A stretch of DNA of 64,000 nt from Torpedo marmorata (taxonomy: Eukaryota). The notes under the pieces are model-generated. The model did not search any database and was not told the DNA's origin. It worked only from the letters and a program-made list of their open reading frames with translations. The translations under genes and the position numbers were made by a program. Positions 39,425-50,281 of this stretch are shown one piece after another; positions within the stretch are counted from its first letter, which is position 1; each line of letters starts with the position of its first letter. The DNA is taken from assembly GCA_977017645.1 (NCBI GenBank), contig OZ360221.1:199578001-199642000 (forward strand). The letters are read 5' to 3'.

Positions 39425-42400
39425 TTTCTTAAGCTCTGATACTCCTGTATCTCTTCCCCGACGGGAGCAGCTGAAAGATGCTGTGTGCAGGGTGGAAGGG
39501 GTCCTCAATGATTTTGCACGCCCTCTTCAGACAACGATCCCGGTAGATCACGTCAATGGGGGGAGTGAGACTCCAGTGATCCTCTCTGCCACTCTTATGG
39601 TCCTGTGGATTGACCTCCGATCCATTTCTCTGTAGCAACCCTACCATACTGTGATGCAGCCAGCCAGGACGCTCTCAATAGAGCTCCTATGGAAGGTTGA
39701 CATAATGGGGACCAGTAGTCTTCCCCGCTTCAGTCTTCTCAGGAAGTACAGTCGCTGTTGTGCCTTCCTGACAAGTGAGGAGATCTTGGTTGTTCAGCAT
39801 TCCCACTGCCTGTGGGAAGAAGCTGTTCCTCAGCCTGGTGGTGCTGGCTCTGATACTCCTGTATCTCTTCCCCGACAGGAGCAGCTGAAAGATGCTGTGT
39901 GCAGGGTGGAAGGGGTCCTCAATGATTTTGCACGCCCTCTTCAGACAATGATCCAGGTAGATCACGTCGATTGGTGGTGGGGGGAGGGGGGAGGAAGACT
40001 CCAGTGATCCTCTCTGCCACTCTTATGGTCTTGTGGATTGACCTCCGATCCATTTCTTTGCAGCAACCCAACCACACTATGATGCAGCTGGCCAGGATGC
40101 TCTCGATAGAGCTCCTATAGAAGGTTGACATAATGGTGGCCAGTAGCCTTGCCCGCTTCAGTCTTCTCAGGAAGTGCAGTCGCTGTTGTGCCTTCCTGAC
40201 AAGTGAGGAGATCTTGAATGTCCACGAAAGGTCACTAGTTAAGTGAACTCCAAGGAACTTGGTACTCTCCAATCTCTCTACTACAGAGTTGTTGATGTGT
40301 AATGGAGGGTGGTCGTTCCTGGTCCTCCTAAAGTCCACAATCATCTCCTTCGTCTTGTCCACGTTGAGACTCCGGTTGTTACTCCTGCACCATTTCACGC
40401 GATTTTCCACCTCTTCTCTGTAGTGCAACTCATCGTTGTTGCTGATGAGGCCAACTACTGTTATGTCATCTGCAAACTTGATGACACTATTGGAGCTGGA
40501 TCTGGCGATGCAGTCGTGGGTCAGTAGCGTGAACAGGAGTGGGCTGAGCACACAGCCCTGAGGTGCACCAGTGCTCAGCGTGATGGTGCTCAATATTCTG
40601 GCACCGTAATGGGATTGTAAATCTTGAAGATTGTTATGAAAGAGGTCAATTAATGTCGTTTTTACAGTTGAGGAACAAATATGCCATACCACAAAATACT
40701 TTTTTTTGTTATTTTCAATTAAAAGCATATCTGAGAGATAAATTGGGACCAACTATGTCTTTACCTAGATGTAATGAAGTAGAACTTTTGATTAGGAGAG
40801 GAATTGTTAAAAAATTTACTTCTAAGATTTATGAACTTCTACAAGCTGGAGCTCCTAAACAAGGGTTAAATAGATCTAGACAGAGATGGGAAACAGATTT
40901 AAATATTACAATTAATCAACAATTATGGGAAAATCTATGTAAAGACTCTATGACTAATACTATAAATGTAAGATATAGATTAGTTCAATATAATTTTTTG
41001 CATCAGTTATATTTAACACCACAGAAACTACATAAAATAAAACCAGAATTATCTGACCAATGTTTTAGATGTGGTGAAGATGTAGGTTCTTTTATACATT
41101 CAACCTGGTCTTGCCCCAAGGTAAAAACCTTTTGGTTAGGTATACAAAATTTTTTAGAACAAGTTACAGGAATTGTATTTCCACAAACCCCCGATTTAGC
41201 TCTTTTAGGGAATATTGAGGGAGCAAGACCTAAATTGAAACTATCAAATTATCAATTGGTATTTGTTAAATTAGCTTTAGCAGTAGCGAGGAAATGTATT
41301 GCTGTGACTTGGAAATCTGATACATCCTTGGATATGCAAAGGTGGCATGCTGAAATTCAAAGTTATATTCCTTTAGAAAAAATTACATATAATTTGAGGA
41401 ATAAATATTCTACTTTTTTGCAAATATGGCACCCGTACACCCAAATAATGAGATTAAATTTGTAAAGAGGTTTTAAGCACCTCCAGAAATGCAAGATCAT
41501 CCTCTAAATGTATTTATATGATATGTTGAGATGTGTGACGAGCGGTGCTCTTCTATGCAATCCAAAAATTTATTTTTTCTCTTTTTTTATACTTATAGAT
41601 ATTTGTGATATAAATGCATATTTTGTGGGGGGGGGGGGTGGTAGAGAAGAAAAAAAAAAAAATATATATATATATTCTGCTACTGACCGGACAGACTGTG
41701 GTCTTTCCGTTAGGAAGTCCAGGATCCATTTAGAGAGAGGGGTGTTGAGCCCCAGCGAGGACAGCTTCTCCACCAGCCTCTGGGGAATGATCGTATTAAA
41801 CGCCGAGCTGAAGTTAAATGAACAACAGCCTGGCGTATGGGGCGTCGTTCTCTAGGTGGGCCAGGATGGAGTGAAGCGACAAGGCTATAGCATCGTCTGT
41901 GGAACGGTTACTTCCATAGGCACATTGAAATGGATCCAGCGTTCCTGAGAGGTGTGCTTTGATGTGTTCCATCATCAGAAGCTCGAAGCAATTCAAAATG
42001 GTGGAGGTCAGTTCCACAAGATGGTAGTCATTGAGGCCTGTTATTGTCACTCTCTTGTGTACTGGGATGATGGTGGCTGTCTTGAACTCTGCGGGAACGA
42101 TGGACTACTGCAGTGAGGTGTTGAAGATGTCCGTGAAGATCTCCGTCAATTGATCTGTGCAGTCCTTCAGTACCCGACCAGGTATGTTGTCTGGTCCCAC
42201 CGCCTTGTGTGGGTTCACCCTGGATATGGTTCTCCTCACCTCGGCCGCGGCTATGCGGTTCATCAGGGGGACGCGGAGCTTTCTTTGGCATCATCCTGTT
42301 CTTCTCATCAAACCGTGCATAGAAGATGTTCAGTCTGTCCGGAAGGGAGTTGTCATTGTCCTTAATTCGCCAGGTTGACTTGTGATCCGTAATAGTCTTG

Positions 42401-42930
42401 ATCTCTTACGCCTCGTGTCGCCAGTGTTGCACAGCTGTCTGTGGATCTTCTGTGCGTACCCTCGTTTTGCCTTCCGGATTGCACGGGAGAGTTCAGCCCT
42501 GGCTGATCCTAGTGCCATCCTATCCCCTGTCCTGAAGGCAGCATCACGAGCTCTGAGAAGGGCCCAGACCTCTGTATCCAACCATGGTTTCCAGTTAGCC
42601 CTGGTTGTGAAGCATTTGATCTCGGTGACATCCTCAATGCACTTGCTAATGTAGCCAGTCACTGACCGCGTGTACTCCTCTATGTTTACATGACCGTTGT
42701 AGGTGGCCGCCTCCCTGAAACAGCTCCAGTCCGTGGTCTCAAAGCAGTCTTGCAGCGCTGCTGTGGCCCCCCCCCCCCCCCGGCCACGTCCTGATCTCCC
42801 TGCGAACTGACCTAGTTTGCTTTGCCAGCGGTCTGTACGCCGGTTAGCAGGACAGATATGGAATCCGAGTAACTAAGGTTGGGGCGAGGTGCAGCCTTGT
42901 ACGCACCAGGGACGTTGGTGTACACACCCA
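39425..42930 (-). mobile_element. Rex1 LINE with duplicated 3' segment, interrupted by L1
   Basis: [27 protein letters not shown] and [12 protein letters not shown] motifs. 39428-39788 repeats 39847-40217. Confidence 0.92.
40601..41671 (+). mobile_element. L1 3' fragment
   Basis: ORF 40653-41465 with CFRC...HSTWSC and PLEKITY. A/AT tail. TSD atattctg at 40593-40600 and 41672-41679. Confidence 0.93.
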
Positions 42931-44240
42931 TGTCCTCTGGTTTGTATCTCACCTACCCTCAGTAGAAAAAGCCTATCTACATTTACTCTGTCTATCCCCC
43001 TCATAATTTTAAATACCTCTATCAAATCTCCCTCATTCCTCTATGCTCCAGGGAATAAAGTCCTAATGTGTTTAACCATTCCCTGTAACTCAGTCCCTGA
43101 AGTCCGGGCAACATCCTAGTAAATTTTCTCTGCACTCTTTCTATCTTATTGATATATTTCCTGTAGTTAGGTGACCAAAACTGCACACAATTCTCCAAAT
43201 TTGGCCTCACCAGTCTTATACAACTTTAACATAACATCCCAACTCCTATGCTCAATACTTTGATTTATGAAGGCCAATATGCCAAAAGCTCTCTTTACAA
43301 TCCTATCCACCTGTGACGCCACTTTCAGGGAATTATGTATCTGTATTCCCAGATCCCTCTGTTCTACCGCACTCCTCAGTGCCCTACCATTTACCGTGTA
43401 TGTCCTTTCTTGGTTTGTCTTTCCAAACTGCAACACCTCACACTTGTCTGCATTAAATTCCATTTCAATTTTTCAGCCCATTTTTCCAGCTGGCCCAGAT
43501 CCCTCTGCAAGCTTTGAAAACCTTCTTCACTGTTTACAACACCTCCAATCTTAGTGTCATCTGCAAACTTGCTGATCCAATTTACCACATTATCATCCAG
43601 ATCATTGATATAGATGACAAACAACAATGGTCCCAGCACCGATCCCTGAGGTACACCACTAGTCTCAGGCCTCCAGTCTGAGAAACAATCATCCACCACT
43701 ATTCTCTGGCGTCTCCTGTCCATCCATTGTCAAATCCAGTTCACTACTTCACCATGAATGCCTAGCGTCTGAACCTTCCTGACTAACCTCCCATGTGGGA
43801 CCTTGTCAAAGACCTTACTAAAGTCCATGTAAACAACATCCACAGCCTTTCCTTCGTCAACCTTCTTGGTAGCCTCCTCGAAAAATTCTATAAGGTTGGT
43901 TAAACATGACCTACCATGCACAAAGCCATGTTGACTATCCCTAATCAGTTTCTGGCTATCAAAATAATTGTATATCCAATCTCTTAGAACACCTTCCAAT
44001 AATTTTCCTACTACTGACGTCAGGCTCACCGGCCTATAATTTCCAGGGTTACTTTTGGAGCCTTTTATATAGACAATGGAACAACGTGAGCTACCCTCCA
44101 ATACTCTGGCACCACACCCATGGCTAAGAACATTTTAAATATTTCTGCCAGAGCCCCTGCAATTTCTACACTAGCCTCCCTCAATGACCGAGGGAATATC
44201 TTGTCAGGCCCTGGGGATTTATCCACCTTTATTTATTTCT
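42930..44240 (-). mobile_element. CR1 LINE RT fragment
   Basis: NYRPVSLTSVVGKLLE, SGVPQGSVLGPLLFVIYINDL and KFADDTK motifs. Confidence 0.95.
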
Positions 44241-44553
44241 CTGCAGCAACCATATCACACTGCGATGCAGCCAGCCAGGATGCTCCCAATAGAGCTCCTA
44301 TACAAGGGTGACATGATGGTGGCCGGTGGCCTTGCCCACCTCAGTCTTCTCAGGTGTGCAGTCGCTCGTGCATTTCCTGACAAGTGAGGAAATGTTGTAT
44401 GTCCAGGATAGATAACTACTTGAGTGGATTCCAAGGAACGGTGCTCTCTACTCTCTCCACTGCCAAGCTACTAATGTATAGAGGAGGGTGGTGGTCCGTG
44501 GTCCTCCTGAAGTCTACAGTCATCTTATTTGTCCTGTCCATGTTGAGACTCAG

Positions 44554-45138
44554 TGTAAGAGCCATAGGCTCATTAACTTACCTTGCTGCGGCGCTCCGGC
44601 GCCTCGTCGGCTTGTGGAGCGCTCGCGTTGTCTGTTGGTCCATCGTCGGCCCGTTCTGTGCTCTGTGCATGTGCTGGAGTGCCGACGGGCGCATGCGCAG
44701 TGTGGAGTGAGGTCATTATGCGCGTGGCAGCCTGGGAAATGTAGTATGCGCGGTGGAGGGTGCGCAGTGGTTTAGGGAGGGAGCTTGCGCAAATTTTCTA
44801 GAAAAGGAAAGGAATGAGATGTTAGGAGGGTGAGTGAGATCTCCATATCTTTATTGAACATTTTACATCGTTTTATAACGTTTTTACATCGTTTTACAGC
44901 GTTTTACAGTGTTTCATATCATTTTGGAATTGTTTAAAGAATCATTTAAAGGAACTCTTCATACATCATTTCAAGAACTGTTTATATTGAAGTATTGAAG
45001 ATTACTGCAAGTCACGTGTGTAAATAAAGGTTTTGAACATATTGGACTTTGTTAGTAAATTAATTAAAATGCGTCAAAGACAAAAGTATCTCACTTAGCC
45101 TCCAGGTGACTAAATGTTGGATCGAAGTCACCGTATTA
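44554..45138 (+). repeat. 5' LTR
   Basis: TGTAAGAGCC...ccgtatTA; near-identical to 49697-50281; AATAAA at about 45023. Confidence 0.97.
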
Positions 45139-45583
45139 TAGTCAATAAAAAGCTGGCTGTTTGGAACAGAAGTTTGAAAGAAAGAAGATAGAAAGAACTC
45201 TCTGTGCTTGGGACTGATATAAAATGGTGGCCATCTTGGAGATGCCTCGAGTTGGGGGCAGTTTGTAATCCACAACCACTGCCATGAATAACAGCCAGAG
45301 AGGGATTTAAAGCTTCAAATCTTATAGTAAAGTGTCCAAAATCCGTTGGAGAAACTATTTTTGGAAAATCAATGATATTAGTGACGGATGTTGTGGTTGA
45401 AACTCGTTTGTGGATTGCAGCACATTACAGTCATTTGAAGTGGTAGGCATAAGTCTGTGGACTCCTTCTGTGTATCTTTAGCAAGTAAGAACACAGATTG
45501 GAATTGCTGCCGCTGGTCCATTGGGGACTGTTGTTTGGCTGGTATTGTGTATGATTGAAGGAAAGAGGAACAAGACGAGTAAA

Positions 45584-46350
45584 ATGGCCGCAGCAGCCAC
45601 TGATACAGCAGCTACTGATATATCAGCAGCTGACGCATCAACCGCTGATGTTGCTGTTGAGGACCAACATATTGAAGACATGAAGGTTGCGGATATTAAA
45701 GAAGAATTGAAGCGACTGAAAAAGGACATAAGAGGAAATAAAAGGGTTCTTATCGAAAGATTGAAGCAGGCAAAGGATGAAGAGGCAGCTTCATTAAATG
45801 AACAAGAAGATAACTTGGAAATGGCTGAAATTGTGTCAACAAATGATGAAGAAATTAAAGTGGTTGAAGATGCAAAGGATATACAATTCTAATTGGATAA
45901 AGAGGTAAGTATGAAGACAGCATATGAACTGCAGGACGAAATACAAGCAAGTGACAGTGTCTCAAATGCTGAAAGCAGGAGAAGCAAAAGAAGTTCTGGT
46001 TCGAGCTCCAGAGTTTCTCGTACTTCAAGTTCTGCATCGTCACCTACAAAGATTGATGTTAGATTGGCCGCTCTTCTTGCACAACAAGAATTTCTTAAGG
46101 ATAAACATGTTTTAGAAGAACAGGAGGAGGAACTGAAGGAGGAGCAGCTGAGGCTGAACCAACAACTAAGAAAGAGACAAGAGCAGCTAAGAAAGAAAAA
46201 AGAGCAGCTAAGAAAGAAAAAAGAACAGCAGGAGCTGGAAGCAAACATTGCTATTGCCAAGGCAGAAAAAAAAGCAATAGAAGGCTCAATAGTATTTGGC
46301 GCTCGAAGTAAATTATCTAAAGTGTCTTATAATAAAAGGTCATATTTAAA
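45584..46350 (+). pseudogene. Polyprotein N-terminus: SAP domain (SAFB/SLTM-like) plus Gag coiled coil; one in-frame stop at 45890
   Basis: ATG at 45584 (aaaATGG). IEDMKVADIKEELKRLKKDIRGNKRVLIERLKQA at 45671-45772 fits the SAP pattern. The same frame continues into BEL-type DEI..SDSVSN..SSASS..AALLA..LKDKH.LEEQ. Confidence 0.85.
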
Positions 46351-46412
46351 AAGAGTCACAGGAAAAGAAACCAACCAAAAGGATAGATATTGTAGAACCA
46401 AGGATACAAGAT

Positions 46413-48458
46413 TTGCAAATACAAGGACAAATCTTTCAAGAGCATATTGGTAACGAGTCACATGTACCAATGGTAACATCTGAAGATAAGGCTGCGGCTT
46501 GGGTTCGGTCGAACGAAGCAGCTTCTTTGTTATTTGAGTCAAACATCAGAAATATGGAAGAAACTACACCAGTGAGGTTTCCAGATACATTGCATGCAAC
46601 AAGAAACAGTGAACAGAGCAATATATTGTCGTCCAAGGAAAGACAAAATGAAATTGCTGCATCATTGTTTCAGTTACAGTCTCTCTCTTCTTTACCCAAG
46701 AAAGAGATACAAACTTTTGATGGTGATCCACTTCAATATCAATCATTTATGAGATCTTTCAAACGCAATATTGAAGATAAATGTCAAGATCGTGATGAAT
46801 GTCTTTATTATTTGGAAATGTTCACAAAGGGACATCCAAAAGAATTGGTAAAGAGTTGTAAACAAATGTCTTCAGAAAGAGGATTAGACAAAGCTAAGGC
46901 TTTATTGGAACAATATTTTGGCAACAAGCATCGAATTGCTTTAGCTTATATGGATAAAGCTCTTAAATGGACATCAATAAAACAAAATGATGTAAAGGCT
47001 CTGCAAGAATATACTTTGTTTTTAAGAGGATGTTGTAATGCTATGGAAGAAATCGATAATATTCGTGAGCTTGAAGTGCATAGTAATATGCGAATCATCT
47101 TAGAAAAATTACCTTACAAGTTATGGGATAGATGGAGAGATTTGGCTTGTGATTTACAAGTAGATTATGGTCGAAAAATTGCCTTAAAGGATTTGGTAAA
47201 TTTTCTTGAACGACGGGTGTACGTTGAAACGGATCCACTATATGGAAATACCAGAGATAATTCTATGGGCAAAGATGTAAGGAAGTCTAACACACAGTCT
47301 AGTCCGAAATTGAAAAGGAGTACTTTTGCTACTAATGTGCAAGTTATAAGTAAAGAAAAGGACAAAGTAAATAAGGAAAAGGAAAGTTTGCCTAATGAAA
47401 AGAGTTGTTTGTTCTGTAAAGGTGGACATACTTTGGAAATGTGTTTACGATTGGAAAAGAAGGAACATAAGGAAAAAATCGCTTTCTTAAAGGAAAATGG
47501 AATATGTTTTAGCTGTCTGTGTAAAGGACACATCAGTAAAAACTGCGAGAAGCGAATTAATTGTAACATATGCAATTTGAAACATCCTAGAGTTTTGCAT
47601 ATCCATAACAGAAACAAGGAATTGGAAAAGGAGCAAACAGAAACAAAGGAAACAACAGAAAATAATGTTATAACCTCGGTTCAGACAAGTGGTCTTACCA
47701 GGGCCGGTGTGAATAACTGTAAACTTTCGATAGTGCCTGTACAAGTCAAGACCAAGAAAGGGGATGCAATAGTAAAAACATATGCATTTCTAGACCCAGG
47801 CAGCACTGCATCTTTTTGCACGGAAGGACTAATGAATAAACTTAATATTCAAGGAAAAAGATCAAGAATTATGTTAAAAACCATGGGACAAGAAAAGGTT
47901 GTTGAAACTAACATTGTTTCAGGCTTAGAGGTTGCTGGATTGGATGACAAAAATTTTTGTGATCTTCCAAGTGTATATACTCAGAAGACTATGCCTGTGA
48001 ATGAAGGAAATATTACTCATCAAAGGGATATCCATCATTTAGCTTATCTGTGGAAGGTTTATTTACCTGAAATTAATTCTGAAATAGAAATGCTGATTGG
48101 TTCAGATGTGCCAAAGGTTTTTGTACCAAAAGAAGTAATAGAGAGTAAAAGGAATGGACCTTATGCTGTTAAAACCATGCTTGGTTGGACAATCAATGGA
48201 CCACTGGAAAGAAATAATGATATTGCTCAGGAACAGTTAGCGATAAATATTAATAGAATTTCGGTTGAGAAAGTTGAAGAGTTAAGCGAAGAGCAAAAAA
48301 CCGTGAATAAGAAAATCACTTTTGAAGAAAAGAAAACAGATCAATGTGAAAATAAATCAATGGTATTTAAAACAACATTGAAGGAATTAATTTCGTCAGA
48401 AATGGATGAAAGTGAAGTATTAGAAGATGTTGCAAATAATACTATTGATCATGTGTAA
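46413..48458 (+). CDS. BEL Gag core (DUF1759-like), zinc knuckles and aspartic protease
   Basis: LPKKEIQTFDGDPLQY, CLFCKGGHTLEMC, CFSCLCKGHISKNC, CNICNLKHPRVLH, YAFLDPGSTASF and GPYAVKTMLGWTINGP. Confidence 0.95.
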   Translation: MQIQGQIFQEHIGNESHVPMVTSEDKAAAWVRSNEAASLLFESNIRNMEETTPVRFPDTLHATRNSEQSNILSSKERQNEIAASLFQLQSLSSLPKKEIQTFDGDPLQYQSFMRSFKRNIEDKCQDRDECLYYLEMFTKGHPKELVKSCKQMSSERGLDKAKALLEQYFGNKHRIALAYMDKALKWTSIKQNDVKALQEYTLFLRGCCNAMEEIDNIRELEVHSNMRIILEKLPYKLWDRWRDLACDLQVDYGRKIALKDLVNFLERRVYVETDPLYGNTRDNSMGKDVRKSNTQSSPKLKRSTFATNVQVISKEKDKVNKEKESLPNEKSCLFCKGGHTLEMCLRLEKKEHKEKIAFLKENGICFSCLCKGHISKNCEKRINCNICNLKHPRVLHIHNRNKELEKEQTETKETTENNVITSVQTSGLTRAGVNNCKLSIVPVQVKTKKGDAIVKTYAFLDPGSTASFCTEGLMNKLNIQGKRSRIMLKTMGQEKVVETNIVSGLEVAGLDDKNFCDLPSVYTQKTMPVNEGNITHQRDIHHLAYLWKVYLPEINSEIEMLIGSDVPKVFVPKEVIESKRNGPYAVKTMLGWTINGPLERNNDIAQEQLAININRISVEKVEELSEEQKTVNKKITFEEKKTDQCENKSMVFKTTLKELISSEMDESEVLEDVANNTIDHV

Positions 48459-48484
48459 TTGAATCAAATATAGGAATAAAACAA

Positions 48485-49333
48485 GTGACTGAAAACAAAT
48501 CTGAATGTAGATTTTGTAGTTCAGAGATTACAACAGACAAAGCTAATGAAGAAAGATTACAATGTGATGTAAAACTGGAAAACACAGAAAATTGTGCTGA
48601 TGGAATAAAGAATAATGTGAATGATAATTTAATGCAATTGAATTCAGAGAACAAAATGTTGAAAGGGGAATTGGAAATATTAGATAATCAAGAAAACAGT
48701 AAACAGAAAGATTTAATTGTAAGTAAAACTTGCAAAGTCAGAAAGCGGAAGAAAAGAATAACTGCTGAAGAAATGAATACAGTTATTGAGGAAAGAGATT
48801 CAGCATTATCAAAATGTAAAAGGTTGGAGGAAGAGATTAATGTTTTGAAAGAGAACAAGTTATTGGTTAATAACTCAAAACAGTTGACTCTAAAAACCAA
48901 TCAAGAATGTAAATTGAATGTTCAACAATTAACAATGCAGAAAGAATGTGATATTGCATTGCAGAAATGTAACAAGCAAGACGAAGAAATTAAAAAATTT
49001 CAAGTTTGCCGCAACAGGATTGACAATGGAAATATCCATGTATCACATGATATTTTGACTTCAGATCAAATTATTAATTTCTCGGAAAGAACTGAGACTG
49101 AATTGAAAGTTGCAAAATTGGATTTAGAATTGCAGGAAAGAGCAATAGAAACCAGATTGGTTAAACAGACCTGTTTAAAATCGAAAGGATCAGATAAATA
49201 TTCAAATTCTAATTCTAAGAGTTTAAATTCTTCACATGAGAAGTGGAATACTGAAGAAAGGAATAAAGTGAAACGACATGCTGAAGAAGTGCCTTGTGTT
49301 AAATTCAAAAGAAAAACTATCTATTTTATCTGA
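48485..49333 (+). CDS. Coiled-coil ORF containing a MIPOL1-like segment (48713-49006) in place of pol
   Basis: RITAEEMNTVIEERDSALSKCKRLEEE closely resembles vertebrate MIPOL1 as I recall it (RITAEEMSALIEERDAALSKCKRLEQE). Weaker similarity continues to EEIKKFQV. Confidence 0.8.
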   Translation: MTENKSECRFCSSEITTDKANEERLQCDVKLENTENCADGIKNNVNDNLMQLNSENKMLKGELEILDNQENSKQKDLIVSKTCKVRKRKKRITAEEMNTVIEERDSALSKCKRLEEEINVLKENKLLVNNSKQLTLKTNQECKLNVQQLTMQKECDIALQKCNKQDEEIKKFQVCRNRIDNGNIHVSHDILTSDQIINFSERTETELKVAKLDLELQERAIETRLVKQTCLKSKGSDKYSNSNSKSLNSSHEKWNTEERNKVKRHAEEVPCVKFKRKTIYFI

Positions 49334-49400
49334 GGAAGATTTGAAGTTTACTGGTTGACGTTTTAACTCAAAGATTATAGAGATAAAAGAACTTTAAAGA

Positions 49401-49493
49401 GGCATTGTGATTATTATGGATAATTCAACTTCAAGAAACTCCTGGTTACTTGGAAAAATTATTGAGACTTTTCAAGACAAAGAGGAACTTTGA
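49401..49493 (+). pseudogene. Remnant of the BEL integrase C-terminal domain (DUF5641-like)
   Basis: Manual translation GIVIIMDNSTSRNSWLLGKIIETFQDKEEL* fits the GD.V.I.D...PRN.W.LG.I...FPD pattern. Confidence 0.8.
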
Positions 49494-49696
49494 TAAATGT
49501 AAACTGACTTTATTTGTTGTTGTATATTTCACAGGCTACAGACTTTTGTTGAATCAGAGTTATGGTAAACTCTAGATTTATGAAGAAGGAAGAAAGAAGA
49601 TTTGTATTGTTTGAATGTTACGGTTATTGTTATTATAATTTTATAGTGTAATTATTATTCAAGACATTGCGTCTAATTATAATAATTAGGGGCCGG

Positions 49697-50281
49697 TGTA
49701 AGAGCCGTAGGCTCATTAACTTACCTTGCTGCGGCGCTCCGGCGCCTCGTCGGCTTGTGGAGCGCTCGCGTTGTCTGTTGGGCCGTCGTCGGCCCGTTCT
49801 GTGCTCTGCGCATGCGCTGGAGTGCCGACGGGCGCATGCGCAGTGTGGAGTGAGGTCATTGTGCGCGTGGCAGCCTGGGAAATGTAGTATGCGCGGTGGA
49901 GGGTGCGCAGTGGTTTAGGGAGGGAGCTTGCGCAAATTTTCTAGAAAAGGAAAGGAATGAGATGTTAGGAGGGTGAGTGAGATCTCCATATCTTTATTGA
50001 ACGTTTTACATCGTTTTATAACGTTTTTACATCGTTTTACAGCGTTTTACAGTGTTTCATATCGTTTTGGAATTGTTTAAAGAATCATTTAAAGGAACTC
50101 TTCATACATCATTTCAAGAACTGTTTATATTGAAGTATTGAAGATTACTGCAAGTCACCTGTGTAAATAAAGGTTTTGAACATATTGGATTTTGTTAGTA
50201 AATTAATTAAAACGCGTCAAAGACAAAAGTATCTCACTTAGCCTCCAGGTGACTAAATGTTGGATCGAAGTCACCGTAATA
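49697..50281 (+). repeat. 3' LTR
   Basis: TGTAAGAGCC...ccgtaaTA, preceded by the PPT and followed by TSD ctcag. Confidence 0.97.

Larger units (their letters stand above)
44554..50281 (+). mobile_element. BEL/Pao LTR retrotransposon, non-autonomous (no RT, RNase H or integrase core)
   Basis: Two 585-bp LTRs, TSD ctcag (44549-44553 and 50282-50286), PPT-like aattaggggccgg before the 3' LTR, BEL-type Gag with three Cys/His knuckles, and an aspartic protease. Confidence 0.96.

Noticed and set aside
46343-46352. Slippery heptamer T TTA AAA as a programmed -1 frameshift in gag
   Set aside because: The downstream ORF is in the +1 frame; a single A insertion explains it, and BEL polyproteins are normally one ORF.
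48485-49333. env gene or the true MIPOL1 locus
   Set aside because: No signal peptide or transmembrane segment; the match is partial, intronless and enclosed by LTRs upstream of the integrase remnant.
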